DNA from: the human T2T-CHM13v2.0 reference genome, Homo sapiens
Assembly (NCBI RefSeq): GCF_009914755.1
Contig: NC_060934.1
Length of the DNA stretch: 64,000 nucleotides
Reading direction: 5' to 3' (one strand)
The position numbers were made by a program, and so were the translations under genes. Below are positions 45,141 to 58,536 of the stretch, one piece after another (the stretch's first letter is position 1; each line of letters begins with the position of its first letter). Under the pieces are notes generated by a model that was not told the DNA's origin, searched no databases, and worked only from the letters and a program-made list of their open reading frames with translations.

Positions 45141-47148
45141 TTAGAGGGTTTGTATAACTGTTAGATAACCATTGTCATTAGCTAGTAAATATTAAGGTGT
45201 CAGTATCCTATGACCCAATATTTTCTTAACAAGGTTTACACATCAGAGGAACTTTCTTATTTTCAATAGGAGCATGTATATTCATGTTAATAGCAGATCT
45301 GTCTAATAGCTCCCATTTAGAAGCAAGGAAATACTTAGTGAAAAGAAGGTGATTAAATTATATTATATTCATAAAATGGAACAATAAGGAGTGAAAGAAA
45401 TAACTGTTGTTTTGTACACAAATCTCAAGAACATAGTGTTGGGGCAGAAAGCTCAGTTCAGAGGCAGAGTAAACAGTATATTGTTCAGCAATACAAACAT
45501 ACATTGGGAAACCAAGGAAAAAAAACTGCCTCAGAATGGAAGAGGAATTAAAATACCAAGGAACATTAACAAGATTTTAATTTGGATGAAATGAATGCTC
45601 TCTTTCTTAAAATGCATATATGAATTTGAATTTTTTTTTATCATTTTAAGCCAATATATAACATATGGCTTTTATAGCAAGTCAAGATTTAAATTGATCT
45701 TCTAAAAAATAATATTCCTGGGTCATCTAGCTATTTATCCCTCAATTGCTGCCCACTCTTGACATCTCATCACTAATAAATTATTTAGGAGATAACTTCA
45801 TATAAGTTTTACACATATACATATATCTACTATATATAGTAATAAGGCTGATTATATTTTGACAAATTAGCAACTCAGTATTTTTTCCAACTTGTTTTTT
45901 ATGAGTTACTGTCTTCAATTATAATGATGAACTCTTTATTAAAAAGCCATTTTATACTGGGGAATAATTTTTCATATTTTTCTATTAATCTTGATGTCAG
46001 AATTACGGATTGATAATTTAAGGAATCTGAAAGAAGCAAGCAATAAATTATTCAGTGAGGCTTTTATTTTCCCTCATGCATATTTTCAGCACCTGCAAAC
46101 CATTGATTGGAATCAGTGGGGTACATGTTGTTCATGCAGTCAGAATAAAGACAAGTGTTTTTATCAAAGTTAACATGAAGGCCAGTGTTTCATCAAAGGT
46201 AGAGAATATTGAACTCTATGTCCACTGAGAAACTTTCGTAATCCTCCCGAGTAACTCAGCCAAGCATATTTGCTTGCATCATGACCTTTGTTTCACATCA
46301 TGTTTCCCATTCTCCTTCATTCTTTTTTGGAGAGCAAATAAATATATTTATGACATATGTTTTCAAAATATGTATTTGGTAATTTGAGGTAGAAAATAGG
46401 CATGGAGGAGGATGATTCCTAAGTAGAGAGGACGTAAGAACTATTTCTGATTTGGTTTATTGCAGAATAACAAATTAGTAAATTATATTCTTTCTTAAAT
46501 AGTTGCATTACTTACAGTATGTCAACCTGATACTGATATCTTATTTTTCATATTACTCTATTTTAAATCAAGTCCTTTAGAGTAGAACTTAAATCTCTTC
46601 TCAACACATATCCCCTAAATTTATTTCTCAATGACCACAGGGCAAATTATCTTGCGTGTTCAAGGAATGTTTGCATTATTTTTCAGCCTAACCGTTGTCC
46701 TTGAGTTGCCCTATAACAACTAAAATGAGAATTTTATTTTTCGAACTGATAAAAACATAACCTAATATAATTTTGAAATCACTCTGCTAATATAGGGATT
46801 TGTTGTGATTGTTGGGCTTCTCTCTCTCATTTTTAAGTTTTTTATTCCAGCTTCTACCAGTCAAGATTTTTAAAAAAAAATTAGTACACAAATTTTAGCC
46901 TCTTAGCCAGGCCACTAAGTTACATAAATATTATTTCAAGTATGTACTGGACTGTTTTGGTGTTTTATCATCAAGATTTAGTTGACGTGTGAGTTTCTGT
47001 ATGATCTTATTTTGAAAATAGTAGGTACTGAGAACAGAGACCTCTTATCAACATGGTTCTATAAATTTATATTATGAAGTAACTTTTTAACCAAATAGAA
47101 ATCGCTATGAACTATAAATAGATAAATTTTAGTATATATTGATATACA

Positions 47149-47485
47149 CAGAGTCATGCATCTCTTAATAACAGAATTCTGTTCTGAGAAATGCATCATT
47201 AGGAGATTTAACTGTTGCAACATAAGGTGTAGTTACACAAACCGAACTAGTGTTGCCTACTATATACCTAGGCTATATGGAATGGCCTATTGCTCCTAGG
47301 CTACAAACCTACACATCATATTACTGTACAAAATACTGTAGGTAATTGCAACACAATGGTAAGTAATTGTGAATCTAAACAAACATAGAAAGGGACAGTA
47401 AAAATATAATATTATAATCTTATGGGACCAATATCTTATATGCAGACCATTGTTGATCAAAATGTCACTATGTGGTGCATGATTG
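47149..47485. mobile_element. Tigger3a-like DNA transposon
   Basis: TIR-like ends 'agtcatgca...tgcatgattg'; 'ttctgagaaatgcatcattagg', 'cctattgctcctaggctacaaacct'. Confidence 0.85.
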
Positions 47486-48354
47486 TATATATATTACAAA
47501 TGTGTGTAGGAGTGTGGCCTCAATAAGCAAAAAAATGAAACAATAGGTCATGAAGAGAAAATAAGCAAAAAATCATTCTTTGAAACATCACAGAATGTAG
47601 GGGTCTTGCTGGATGCAGGTTCCAAGCACCAAGGGATGGAAGCACCTAATGGATAACCAGCACCAAAGTCTTTCCATGTAAGCCAGCCTCATTGCTTAAA
47701 GCCAGCAGCTGAGCTTGGGCTGGTCAACAAGGAAATAAAACTTGAACCATAGGTTTTACGGAGTTATAGCTGAAACACCATCCCATGCCTTGCCTTCAAC
47801 TGAATTTAAAAAGAAAAGCTTTATTAAAACTGATTTAAACCATGAGGTCACTTTCCATATCTGAATAATCTTCAGTTTTACTTTCCATTGCTTCTCAGGG
47901 CATAGGGAACTGGGGAAAGATACCAGGAGCCAACCAAGCTGACATATCTAACGGTAAATACTCATCACAAAAGTAGGCCTGTAGAATGTTGAATTGGCTG
48001 TAAATTTACTTTCCAGGAAAAGTTAAGAAAAATTGCTTGGCTGCAAATTTGGTTCTAGGTAGAAGAAAAAAAGGAAAAAATCTCCCATAAATCTCTTGCA
48101 AGAATTTATAATCATAAATGACCCTCATATGAGTTTGCACTCTAATATTGCCTGGGGAGTCCAAATGCCTTAGTTCAAATATTAAGTTTGAAAAAATGTT
48201 TGTTTATAGTGTCTTTAAGTATCTGCAAGATGCAAATAAAAATCTTCCCTGAGCCCAGAGTCAATCCAAGTTATGAAGAATTTGCACAAATACATTTCCA
48301 AAGATTTTGAACCTATAGTCAAAACTCATAAGTCACACAAATAATGAGATGTCA

Positions 48355-48749
<395 letters not shown>

Positions 48750-48928
48750 CTACTACATATATATAAATATGAGCTATAAATATATATGAGCAAAAGGAAT
48801 ACAAATGTGTATATATATGAACAAAGATAAATATGTTAGTTAAAAAAGATTTAAGAAGAAATAATAAAAATTTTTTAAAGTAGTAGAACTGATATTTAAA
48901 ACTTATTAGATGTAGTTAAAAGCATATA

Positions 48929-49223
<295 letters not shown>

Positions 49224-49233
49224 GCAGACTATA

Positions 49234-49770
49234 TGTGATGGTTAATATTGAGTGTCAACTTGATTGGACTGAATTGTTCCTGGGTGTGTTTCTGAGGGTG
49301 TTGCCAAAGGAGATTAACGTTTGAGTCAGTAGACTAGGAGAGGCAGACCCACCCTCAATCTGGGGGGGCACTATCTAATCAGCTGCCAGTGTGGCTAGGG
49401 TAAAAGTAGGCGGAGAAACATGGAAGGACTAGATTGGCTAAGTCTTCCGGCCTCCATCTTTCTCTTGTGCTGATGCTTTCTGCCCTCAAACATTAGACTC
49501 CAAGTTCTTCAGCTTTTGGACTCTTGGACCTAAACCAGTGGTTTTCCAGGGGCTCTTGGGCCTTCAGCCTCAGACTGAAGGCTGAACTGTTGGCTTCCCT
49601 AGTTTTGAGGTTTTGGGGCTCGGTCTGGCTTCCTTGCACCTCACCTTGCAGACAGCCTATTGTGGAACTTCACCTTGTGATCATGTGAGTCAATACTCCT
49701 TAGTGAACTTCCTTTCATATACACATCTATCCTATCAGTCCTGTCCCTCTAGAGAACTCTGACTAATACA
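49234..49770 (+). mobile_element. MLT2A 5' LTR
   Basis: tgtgatggttaatattgagtgtcaact...gactaataca. Confidence 0.93.
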
Positions 49771-49834
49771 GATTTTGGTACCTGGAGTGGTTCTAGGGGA
49801 ACAGAGTTTTAAGGATGGAGTTCTTTAGTTAGGT

Positions 49835-50404
49835 TTGGGTTTCTGGCATTTGCTGCTCTATATGATTATGCCCCAAAATGCTAAGGACTGTACTTCTAAT
49901 AGTTTGGAGAACACTGATAGTCCTTGGCATGAACTGTTTAGACACTTTTGCAAAATAAATGCATTTGATACTCCTGATTCACTGCTCTTGAGAGGCAAGG
50001 AGTTTATTGACTCTATACATAATATCTTTGACCATATGTGGAGAACCAAGGAATATAATGAAGTTGGTTGGTTGCTGCTAAGTTCACTAGATAAAGTGGT
50101 AAAAGAAAATGATGAACTCAGAGATTCTATCCCCCAACTCCAGAAGCACATACTGAGGCTCAAATCTTCTAAGATTGCCCTGAGTGAGAGTCTTATCTCC
50201 TGTAGAGAAAGAGTTGAAAGTATGGAAAATCAGACACAAGCTCTTATCATGAAAATGGCTGACCTGCAACTAAAGATTCATGCACAGCCTCGCCAAATGT
50301 CTACTGTTAAAGTGAGGGCATTGATTGAAAAAGAACAGGACCCTGCAACTTGGAATGGGGACATGTGGAAGGACCCCAATGAAGCTGGGGGACTGAGATC
50401 CTAA
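49835..50404 (+). pseudogene. gag: HERV-L gag N-terminal fragment (189 codons, TTG start)
   Basis: 'ENTDSPWHELF..CKINAFDTPDS', 'STVKVRALIEKE.DPATWNGDMW.DP' are ERV-L Gag motifs. Confidence 0.88.
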
Positions 50405-50444
50405 ATTCTGATGAGCTAGCTTTTTTTGCCAGAGAAAACTTCTA

Positions 50445-51500
50445 GCAGTGCACCTCGTGGTACATTTTGCTTGGAAAGAGAAATGGCCAGATCCGCGATT
50501 ATATACTGATACAATGAGCAATAGCCAATGGTTTGGCTGGATGGTCAGGGACTTGGAAGAAGCATGATTGGAAAATTGGTGGCAAAGAAATTCGGGGAAG
50601 AGGTATGTGGATGGACCTCTCTGAGTGGTCACAAACTGTGAAGATATTCGTATCTCATGTGAGTGCTCACCAAAAGGTGACCTCAGCAGAGGAGAATTTT
50701 AATAATCAAGTGGATAAGATGACTTGTTCTGTGAACACCACACAGCCTCTTTCTCCAGCCATCCCTGTCATCACCCAGTGGCCCCATGAACAAAGTGGGC
50801 ATGGAGGCAGGGACAGACGTTATGCATGGACTCAGCAACATGGACTTCCACTCACTAAGTCCTACCTGGCTATGGTCACTGCTGAATGCCCAGTTTGCCA
50901 GCAGCAGAGACCAATACTGAGCCCTAAATATTGCACCATTCCTCAGAGTGATCAGCCAGCTATTTGGTGGCAGGTTGATTATATTGGACTTCCTCCATCA
51001 TGGAAAGGACAGTGGTTTGTTCTCACTGGAATAGACACTCCAGATATGGGTTTGCCTATCCTGCATGTGATGCTTCTGCCGAGACTACCATCGTGGACAC
51101 ATGGAATGCCTTATCCACTGTCATGGTATTGTGTGCAGCATTCCCTCTGACCAAGGCACTCACTTTACAGCTAAAGAAGTATGGCAGTGTATTCATGCTC
51201 GTTAGATAGTGCCCTCAATCTTGGGGGGCACTATCTAATCAGCTCGTGGAATTCACTGGTCTTACCATGTTCCCCAACATCCTGGAGCAGCTGGATTGAT
51301 AAAATGCTGGGATGGCCTTTTGAAGTCACAATTACAACACCAACTAGGTGACAATACTTTGTAGAGCTGGGGCAAAGTTCTCCAGAAGGCTGTATGCTCT
51401 GAATCAGCATCCAATATATGGGACTGTTTCTCCCATAGCCAGAATTCATGGGTCCAGGAATCGAAGGGTGGAAGTGGCAGTGGCACCACTCACCATCACC
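50445..51500 (+). pseudogene. pol: HERV-L pol remnant: RNase H C-terminal part and integrase, frameshifted
   Basis: 'VKIFVSHVSAH', zinc-finger H-x3-H...CPVC, 'WQVDYIG'; stops, frameshifts and a 45-bp insertion. Confidence 0.9.
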
Positions 51501-51519
51501 TCCATTCATCATCACCCCT

Positions 51520-51965
51520 AGTGACCCATTAGCAAAATTTTTGTTTCCTGTTCCTGTGACATTATGTTCTGCTGGCCTAGAGGTCTTAGTTCCAGAGGGA
51601 AAAATGCTGCCACCAGGAAATACAACAATGATTCCATTAAACTGGAAGTTAAGATTCCACCTGGCCACTTTGGGATTCTCCTAGTTCTAAGTCAACAAGG
51701 TAAGAAGGGAGTTACAGTGTTGGAAGGGGTGATTGACCTGGACTATCAAGATGAAATCAGTCTACTACTCCACAATGGAGGTAAGGAAGATTACGCTCGG
51801 AATACAGGAGATCCCTTGGGGCATCTCTTAGTATTACCATGCCCTGTGATTAAGGTCAATGGGAAACTACAACAGCCTAATCCAGGCAGGACTACAAATG
51901 GCCCAGATCCTTTAGTAATGAAGATTTTGGTCACTCTACCAGGTAAAAAAACCACAACCTGCTGA
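51520..51965 (+). pseudogene. dut: HERV-L dUTPase remnant, frameshifted
   Basis: 'SAGLEVLVPEG.MLPPG.TTMIPLNWKL' then 'PPGHFG...GVTVLEGVIDLDYQDEI' in a second frame. Confidence 0.88.
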
Positions 51966-52421
51966 GGTGCTTGCTGAAGGCAAAAGGAATACAGAATGGG
52001 TAGTAGAAGAAGGCAGTCATCAATACCAGCTATGGCCACATTACCAGTTGCAAAAATGAGGACTGTAATTATCATGAGTCTTTCTTTCTCATTTTATTAA
52101 GAACATGTTTGTGCATATATACACTTGTACTAAAAAACAACTTCATTTTATTTTCTTTCTTTTTCCTTTATTATGTGACATAAGATTTATGGAGTTCATA
52201 TCAGCATTTAAGTGTTAACTTTATGTAATAGCATTTGGGTTGGGGATTGGTGCATTTCTGGTTGTATGAAGGATAGCTGTATTATGTTAGGTATAATTGT
52301 AACCTTATTACTGTCTTTATTTGACGATTACGTATTACGATTTCAGGAGATGTGTATGGGTTCAAGTTGACTAAGGATGGACTTACGATGATTATGGGTT
52401 CAAGTTGACTAGGGGTGGACT

Positions 52422-52969
52422 TGTGATGGTTAATATTGAGTGTCAACTTTATTGAATTGAAGGATGCAAAGTATTGTTACTGGGAGTGTCTGTGAGGGTG
52501 TTGCCAAAGGAGATTAACATTTGAGTCAGTAGACTAGGAGAGGCCGACCCACCCTCAATCTTGGTGGGCACCATCTAATCAGCTGCCAGCATGGCTTGGA
52601 TAACAGGCAGAGGAATATGGAAGTACTAGACTGGCTAAGTCTTCCAGCCTCCATCTTTCTCCCATGCTGGATGCTTCCTGCCCTCGAACATTGGACTCCA
52701 AGTTCTTCAGCTTTTGGACTCTTGGACCTACACCAGTGGTTTGCTGGTGGCTCTCGGGTATTCAGCCACAGACTGAAGACTGCACTGTCGGCTTTTTTAC
52801 TTTTGAGGTTTTTGGGGCTTGGACTGGCTTCCTGGCTCCTCAGCTTGCAGATGGCTTATTGTGGGACTTCACCTTGTGATCGTGTGAGTCAATACTCCTT
52901 AATAAGCTCCCTTTTATATATACATCTATCTTATTAGTCTTGTCCCTCTATAAAACCCTGACTAATACA
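52422..52969 (+). mobile_element. MLT2A 3' LTR
   Basis: Homologous to 49234-49770; preceded by PPT-like aggggtggact. Confidence 0.93.
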
Positions 52970-52974
52970 CTATA

Positions 52975-53400
52975 CGTAGTTGAAGAGAGGATTTATGAAC
53001 TAAAAGATAGATATTACAAATTTATCTAGAACAAAATACAAAGAAACAAAAGTATGGAAAGCAAGGAAAAGAAGCTGATATAATAGAGGATAGAGTGCTG
53101 AATTCAAAGTATATCCAATTTGTAGTTTTAGAGTGAAGAGAGGAAAAATAGGGGTGGTGCAATACATTAAATAAAATTGGCAAATAATTTTTTATGACCA
53201 GTGAAAGACATCAGTTTTGATTCAGAAAACCCAATAAATCCCAATCAGGCTAAAAATATATTCACTCAAATATATGATGATTAAAAATACTTAATATAGA
53301 AACAAAGAGAAAACCTTCAAAGGAACTAGAAAAGAATGTACAGATTATATTATACAAATCAAAAAAATGAACTGATGTTATTCATCACAATGAAAGCCTA
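52975..53400 (+). mobile_element. Old L1M ORF1 fragment (host of the HERV-L insertion; probably continues left of 48929)
   Basis: 'gttgaagagaggatttatgaactaaaagataga' ORF1-like text. Confidence 0.6.
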
Positions 53401-53409
53401 ATGCAAAAT

Positions 53410-56400
53410 TAGGTAGAGAGCATATTCAAAGAAATAATAGTCAAAACCTGAAAGCTGGGGAAGAAATGGACATTAAAATCCAGAAAGCTCAAGGTATCTC
53501 AAATGAGATGAACTCAAATAAATTCACCATGAGACACATTGTAATCAAATTGATAAAAGTCAAAGAGACAATTTTTAAAAGCAGCAAGAGAAAAGCAACT
53601 CATTACATACAAGGAAACTTCCAGCAGATTTCTGTGCAGAAACATTGCAAACAAGAAGGGAATATATTCAAAATACTGAAAAGAAAAATGGCTAACCAAG
53701 AATATTATACATGGTAAACCCTTCCTTCAAAACTGAAAGATAGATAAAGAAATTTCTGGACAAACAAAAGCTGATGGAAAAAAGTTCTAAAAAAAAAGTT
53801 CTTCAAGTTGAAACAAAAGGATGGCAAACAGTAACCAGGAAGCATATAAAAGTATAAATCTTTCCAGTAAAGGTAAATATATAGACAAATACAGAGCACT
53901 GGAGTATTGTAACAATAATAGGCAAGTAATTTTAAAGTCTAATATAAAAGTTAAATGCAAAAATTTAAAAAAATAACTATGCAGTCATCCCTCTGTTCCT
54001 GCAGTTTCTATATCTGTGCTTTCAACCAACTGGTGATTAAAAATACTTGGAGAAAAAAGTAAAAAATAACAGTACAACATAACAAAAATAAAAACCAATA
54101 GGGATAACAATTATTTACATAGCATTTACACAGTATTAGGCATTATAAGTGGTCTGGAGATGGCTTAAAGTATATGACAGGATGTGCATAGGTTATATAC
54201 AAATACTATGCGATTTTTTTAAAAGGGACTTGAGGATATACAGATTTTAGTGTCTATGAGGGATCCCACATACAGTTGTATATATGAGTTCTTGGAGTTC
54301 TTGGTATCCACCTTGTGGATACCAACCTACAATTATAATTGTACAAATATTTAATCAACGCACAATATAAAATGGTAAATTGTGATGTCAATAACATAAA
54401 GAATGTGTGTGAGGGGAAGAGAAATAAAAGAGTAGGGATATTTTATGCAAGTTGTAACCAAAAGTGACCAGTGGTGGCTATATTTATGTAAAAAAAAGAC
54501 TTAAAAAACTGTCACAAAAAAAATGAAGGGCACTATATAATGATAAAAAGATCACTTCAATAGAAAGATATAACAATAATATATGTAACATATAATATAT
54601 ATGCACTCAACATCAGAGCACCTAAATATATAAAGCAATTATTTATAGAACAGCAGGGAGAAATGGACAGCACTATGACAACAGTGAGAGACTTCAGTTC
54701 CTCACTTTCCATAATGGTTACAATATCCAGACAGAAAACCATTGAGTAAACTGTGTGTTTGCACAACGCTATAGAACAAATGAAATGAACAGAGCTAAAG
54801 AATATTCCTCCCAACAGCCACAGAATGCATATTATTCTCTAGTACACACAGAACATTCTCTGTTGTAGGTCACATGTTAGGACACCAAATAAGTCTAAAC
54901 AAATTTAAGAAAACTGAAATCATACCAAATATTTTCTATCAAAAGGAATAAAATCAGAAATTACCTGCAGAAGGAAAATTGGAAAATTCACAAATATGTA
55001 GAAATTAAACAACACACTCTTTAACAGCAAATAAGTCAAAGAAAAAAACCAAAAGGGAAATTAGAAATCATCTTGAGATCAGTGAAAACTAGAAACATTA
55101 TACCAAAACTTATGGATGCAGCAAAGGCAGTGCTAAGAGGAAAATTTGTAATTAAAAAAATGGCTACATTACAAAAAAAAAGAACTCAATTAAACAACCC
55201 AATTTATACTTTAATGAACTATAAAATAAAATTAAACTAAGTCCAAAGTTAGCAGATGGGAAGAACTATACAGCTTAGAGCAGAAATAAACAAAACAGAG
55301 AATAGAAAAATAATAGAAAAAAATCAACAAAGCTAAGAGTTTTTTTGAAAGGTTAAACAAAATTGACATGCCATTAAGCTATACTAACTCAGAAAAAAGA
55401 GAGAAAATTCTTTAATCATAAATGAGAGGTTTATATAAAACTACTGTAGGCAATAGTGCATCAATAAATTGCATAATCTAGAAGCAATGTATATATCCCT
55501 AGAAACATAGGAACATTAGGAAATAGCAAATTTGAAGAAGCCTGTAACTAGTAATATGACAGAATCAGTACTCAAGACCTCTCAACAAAAAAATAAGCAC
55601 AGGACTAAATGGCTTCACAAGTGAATTCTAGTAAATATATAAAGAAGAATTAACACTAATCCTTCTCAAACCTTTCAAAAAATTAAAGAGGAAGAAATAC
55701 TTCCAAACTCATTACCAGCATTACCCTAATATAAGCCAGCATTACCCTAAAATCAAAGCCACACAAGGACACTACAAGAAAACTACAGGCCAATATTCTT
55801 GATAAACATGGATGCAAAAATCCTCAGCAAAATATTATCAAACTAATTCAACGGCACATTATAAAAATCACACACCATGATCAAATGGGATTTATCCCTT
55901 GGATGCAAGGGTGGTTCAACATAAGAAAATTAATTAACTTAACATACCACAAACAAAGAATGGAGAATAAAAATCGCATGATCATCTCAACAGAGGCAGA
56001 AAAAACAATTTACCAACCTCAATGCTTTCATGATAAAAACCATCGACAAACTAAAAATAAAAGTAAGTTGCCTCGACATTATAAAGGCTATATTTAAAAA
56101 TTCAACAGCTAACATCATATTCAATAGTGAAAAACTGAAAAATTTTCCTGTAAGGTCAGAAACGAGACAAAGATGCCCACTCTCGTCTCTTCTATTCAAC
56201 AAAGTACTGAAAGTCCTAGCCAGAAAAAATGGACAAAAGAAATAAATAAAAGGCATCCGAATCAGAATGGAAGGGGTAAAATTATCTGTTTTCAGATGAC
56301 ATGATCTTATTTGAGGAAAATTCTAAATACTCCACTAATGAACTGTTAAAACTAGTAAACAAATTTAATAAAGATTCAGGATATAAAATCCACATATAAA

Positions 56401-58098
56401 AATAATTTTGTTTTTATACACTAAAAACAAACCAAAAGAAAATTAAGAAAATAATTTCACTTACAATGGCATCAAAAAGGACAAAATACTTGGGAATAAG
56501 TTAACTAAGTAGGTAAAAGACTTGTAGATTGAGAACTACAAAACATAAGTAAAGTAAAGAAGACACAAATAAATGGAAAGATACCCCATGTTCATAGATG
56601 GAAGACTAGTATTGTTAAAAAGGCCATACTACACTAAGAGAGTTATAGATTATTTTCAATCTCTATCAAAATCCCAGTAGCATTTTTTACAGAAATGGAA
56701 AAAATATTCTGAAATTCGTATGGAACCATAGGAGACCTGAACAGACAAAGCAATCTAGAGAAAAAAAGAGCAAAGTCAGAGGCATCACACTTCTTGATTT
56801 CAAAATATATTATAAATGTCTAGTTATAAAAATAATACAGTACTGGCATAAAGACAGACATATAGACCGATAGAACAGGGTGGACAGCCCAGAAATAAAC
56901 TCAGGTGTATATGGCAACTGATCTTTGCAAAAATCAACTCAAAATCGATTCAATACTTAAATGTAAGACATGAAACTGTAAAATTCCTAGAAGAAAACAT
57001 AGCTAATAAACTTTATGAGATTGGACTGGCAATGATTTCTTGGATATGACACCAAAAGCATAGGCAACAGAAGAATAAATGGGCAAACGGGATTGCATTG
57101 AACTAAACAGCTTCTGCATAGCATAGGAAATAGTCAACAAAGTGAAAAGATGATTTACAGAATGGGAGAAAAATATTTCAAACTGTGTATCTGAAAATGG
57201 ATTAATATCCAACATATATATAAAGCTGTTTCAATTCAATAGCAGAAAAAAAAATAACCTGATTAACAAATGGGTGAAAGACTTGAATAGCCATTTCTCC
57301 AATGAAGACAAATTGCCTACAGGTATATAAAAAGATGCTCCACATTGCTAATCATCAGGGAAATGCAGATCAAAATCACAATGAGATTCCACTTCACTTC
57401 TGTTAGGATGGCTATTATTGAAAAGAAAAGAAGATAACGAATGTTGGTGAGGATGTGGAGAAACTGGAAATCTTGTATACTGTTGGTGGGAATGTAAAAT
57501 ACTGCTATGGAGAACGATATGGAGGCTCCTCAAAAAAATAAAAGTAGAAATACCATATGATCCAGCAATGCCACTTCCAAATATTTATTCAAAATAATTG
57601 AAATTGAGATCTTGAAAAGATATTTGCACTTTCATGTTTGCAGCAGTATTCACAATAACCAAAATATGGAAACAACCCAAATGTTGATAAAGAGATGAGT
57701 GGATAAAGAAAAAGTATATAAAGTGAAATGTTCCACTGTAAAAAAAGATGGAAATCCTGTCATATGTAACAACATGGATAAATCTTGTGGAAATTAGGCT
57801 AAATGAAATAAGCCAGTCTCTGAGGACAAATACTGTATTACTCCACTTACATGAGGTATGTGAAAGAGTCAGACACCTAGAAGCAGAGAGCAGAATGGTG
57901 GTTGCCAGGGGTTGGAGGAAGGGGAAATAAGGAGTTGCTATTCAATGGGCATAAAATTTCAGTTATGCAAGATGATTAACTTCTAGAGAGCAGCTGTACA
58001 ACATTGCAATGTGCCTATAGTTAATAATACTCTATTATATACTTTAACATTGTTAAGCGAGCAGATCTCATGTTAAGTGTTCTTACTGCAATAAAAAA
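53410..58098 (+). mobile_element. L1MA9/L1MB1-like element, ORF1 3' part to poly(A), decayed
   Basis: ORF remnants 'MGFIPWMQGWFNIRK' and 'RQRCPLSSLLFN.VL.VLAR'; 3' end 'agatctcatgttaagtgttcttactgcaataaaaaa'. Confidence 0.92.
53982..54325 (-). mobile_element. MER2/MER2B (TcMar-Tigger) inserted in L1
   Basis: 'cagtcatccctc...tttacatagcatttaca...gatgtgcataggttatatacaaatactatg'. Confidence 0.8.
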
Positions 58099-58536
58099 TG
58101 AAGAAATGGTAGAAAACTTATCAGAATTTTATTCTATTAGAAATTATGCAGAAAGAATTCACAATGACACAAGAGTGAAAATGCAATTTTTAAAAATGCA
58201 AATCTAAGTTATAAAATACAAAAATATAATTTTAAATTCAATGGAAAATGTTTCTAAGGTCACAGTGAAATGAGTAATTTTAGATATCCTAGCAGTAAAG
58301 TAAATGTGTACACATAATATGTAGAGCTATTTGGTACTATTAAATTATTTATAATATGCATACAGTTGACCCTACAATTCCATATTTATGAGTTTAGACA
58401 TTTCAATTTCAAGGTATTTTAAGATAGATTTATTTTCAATAATGTGTATTGCCTTTTTGTAAGAGATGCAACTTCAGATACATGTAGAAATAATTACAGA
58501 TCTGTGTATACACTAGTTAGTATAGAAACATTGTAT

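Larger units (their letters stand above)
49234..52969 (+). mobile_element. HERV-L provirus, internally deleted (LTR-gag fragment-RNase H/IN-dUTPase-LTR)
   Basis: Two homologous TG...CA LTRs, perfect TSD CTATA (49229-49233 and 52970-52974), retroviral ORF remnants. Confidence 0.95.

Noticed and set aside
52596-52937. 113-aa ORF
   Set aside because: Lies entirely within the MLT2A 3' LTR; non-coding repeat sequence.
54301-54325. Perfect 11-bp hairpin TTGGTATCCAC-CTT-GTGGATACCAA
   Set aside because: Probably explained by MER2's own sub-terminal inverted repeats brought together by a deletion; no evidence for an RNA gene.
55715-55749. Repeat of ccagcattaccctaa; also aaaaggatacat twice near 32516
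   Set aside because: Ordinary short slippage duplications with no functional indication.
55885-56245. Reverse-transcriptase-like ORFs
   Set aside because: Frameshifted remnants of an ancient L1 ORF2, not an active element or a new RT system.
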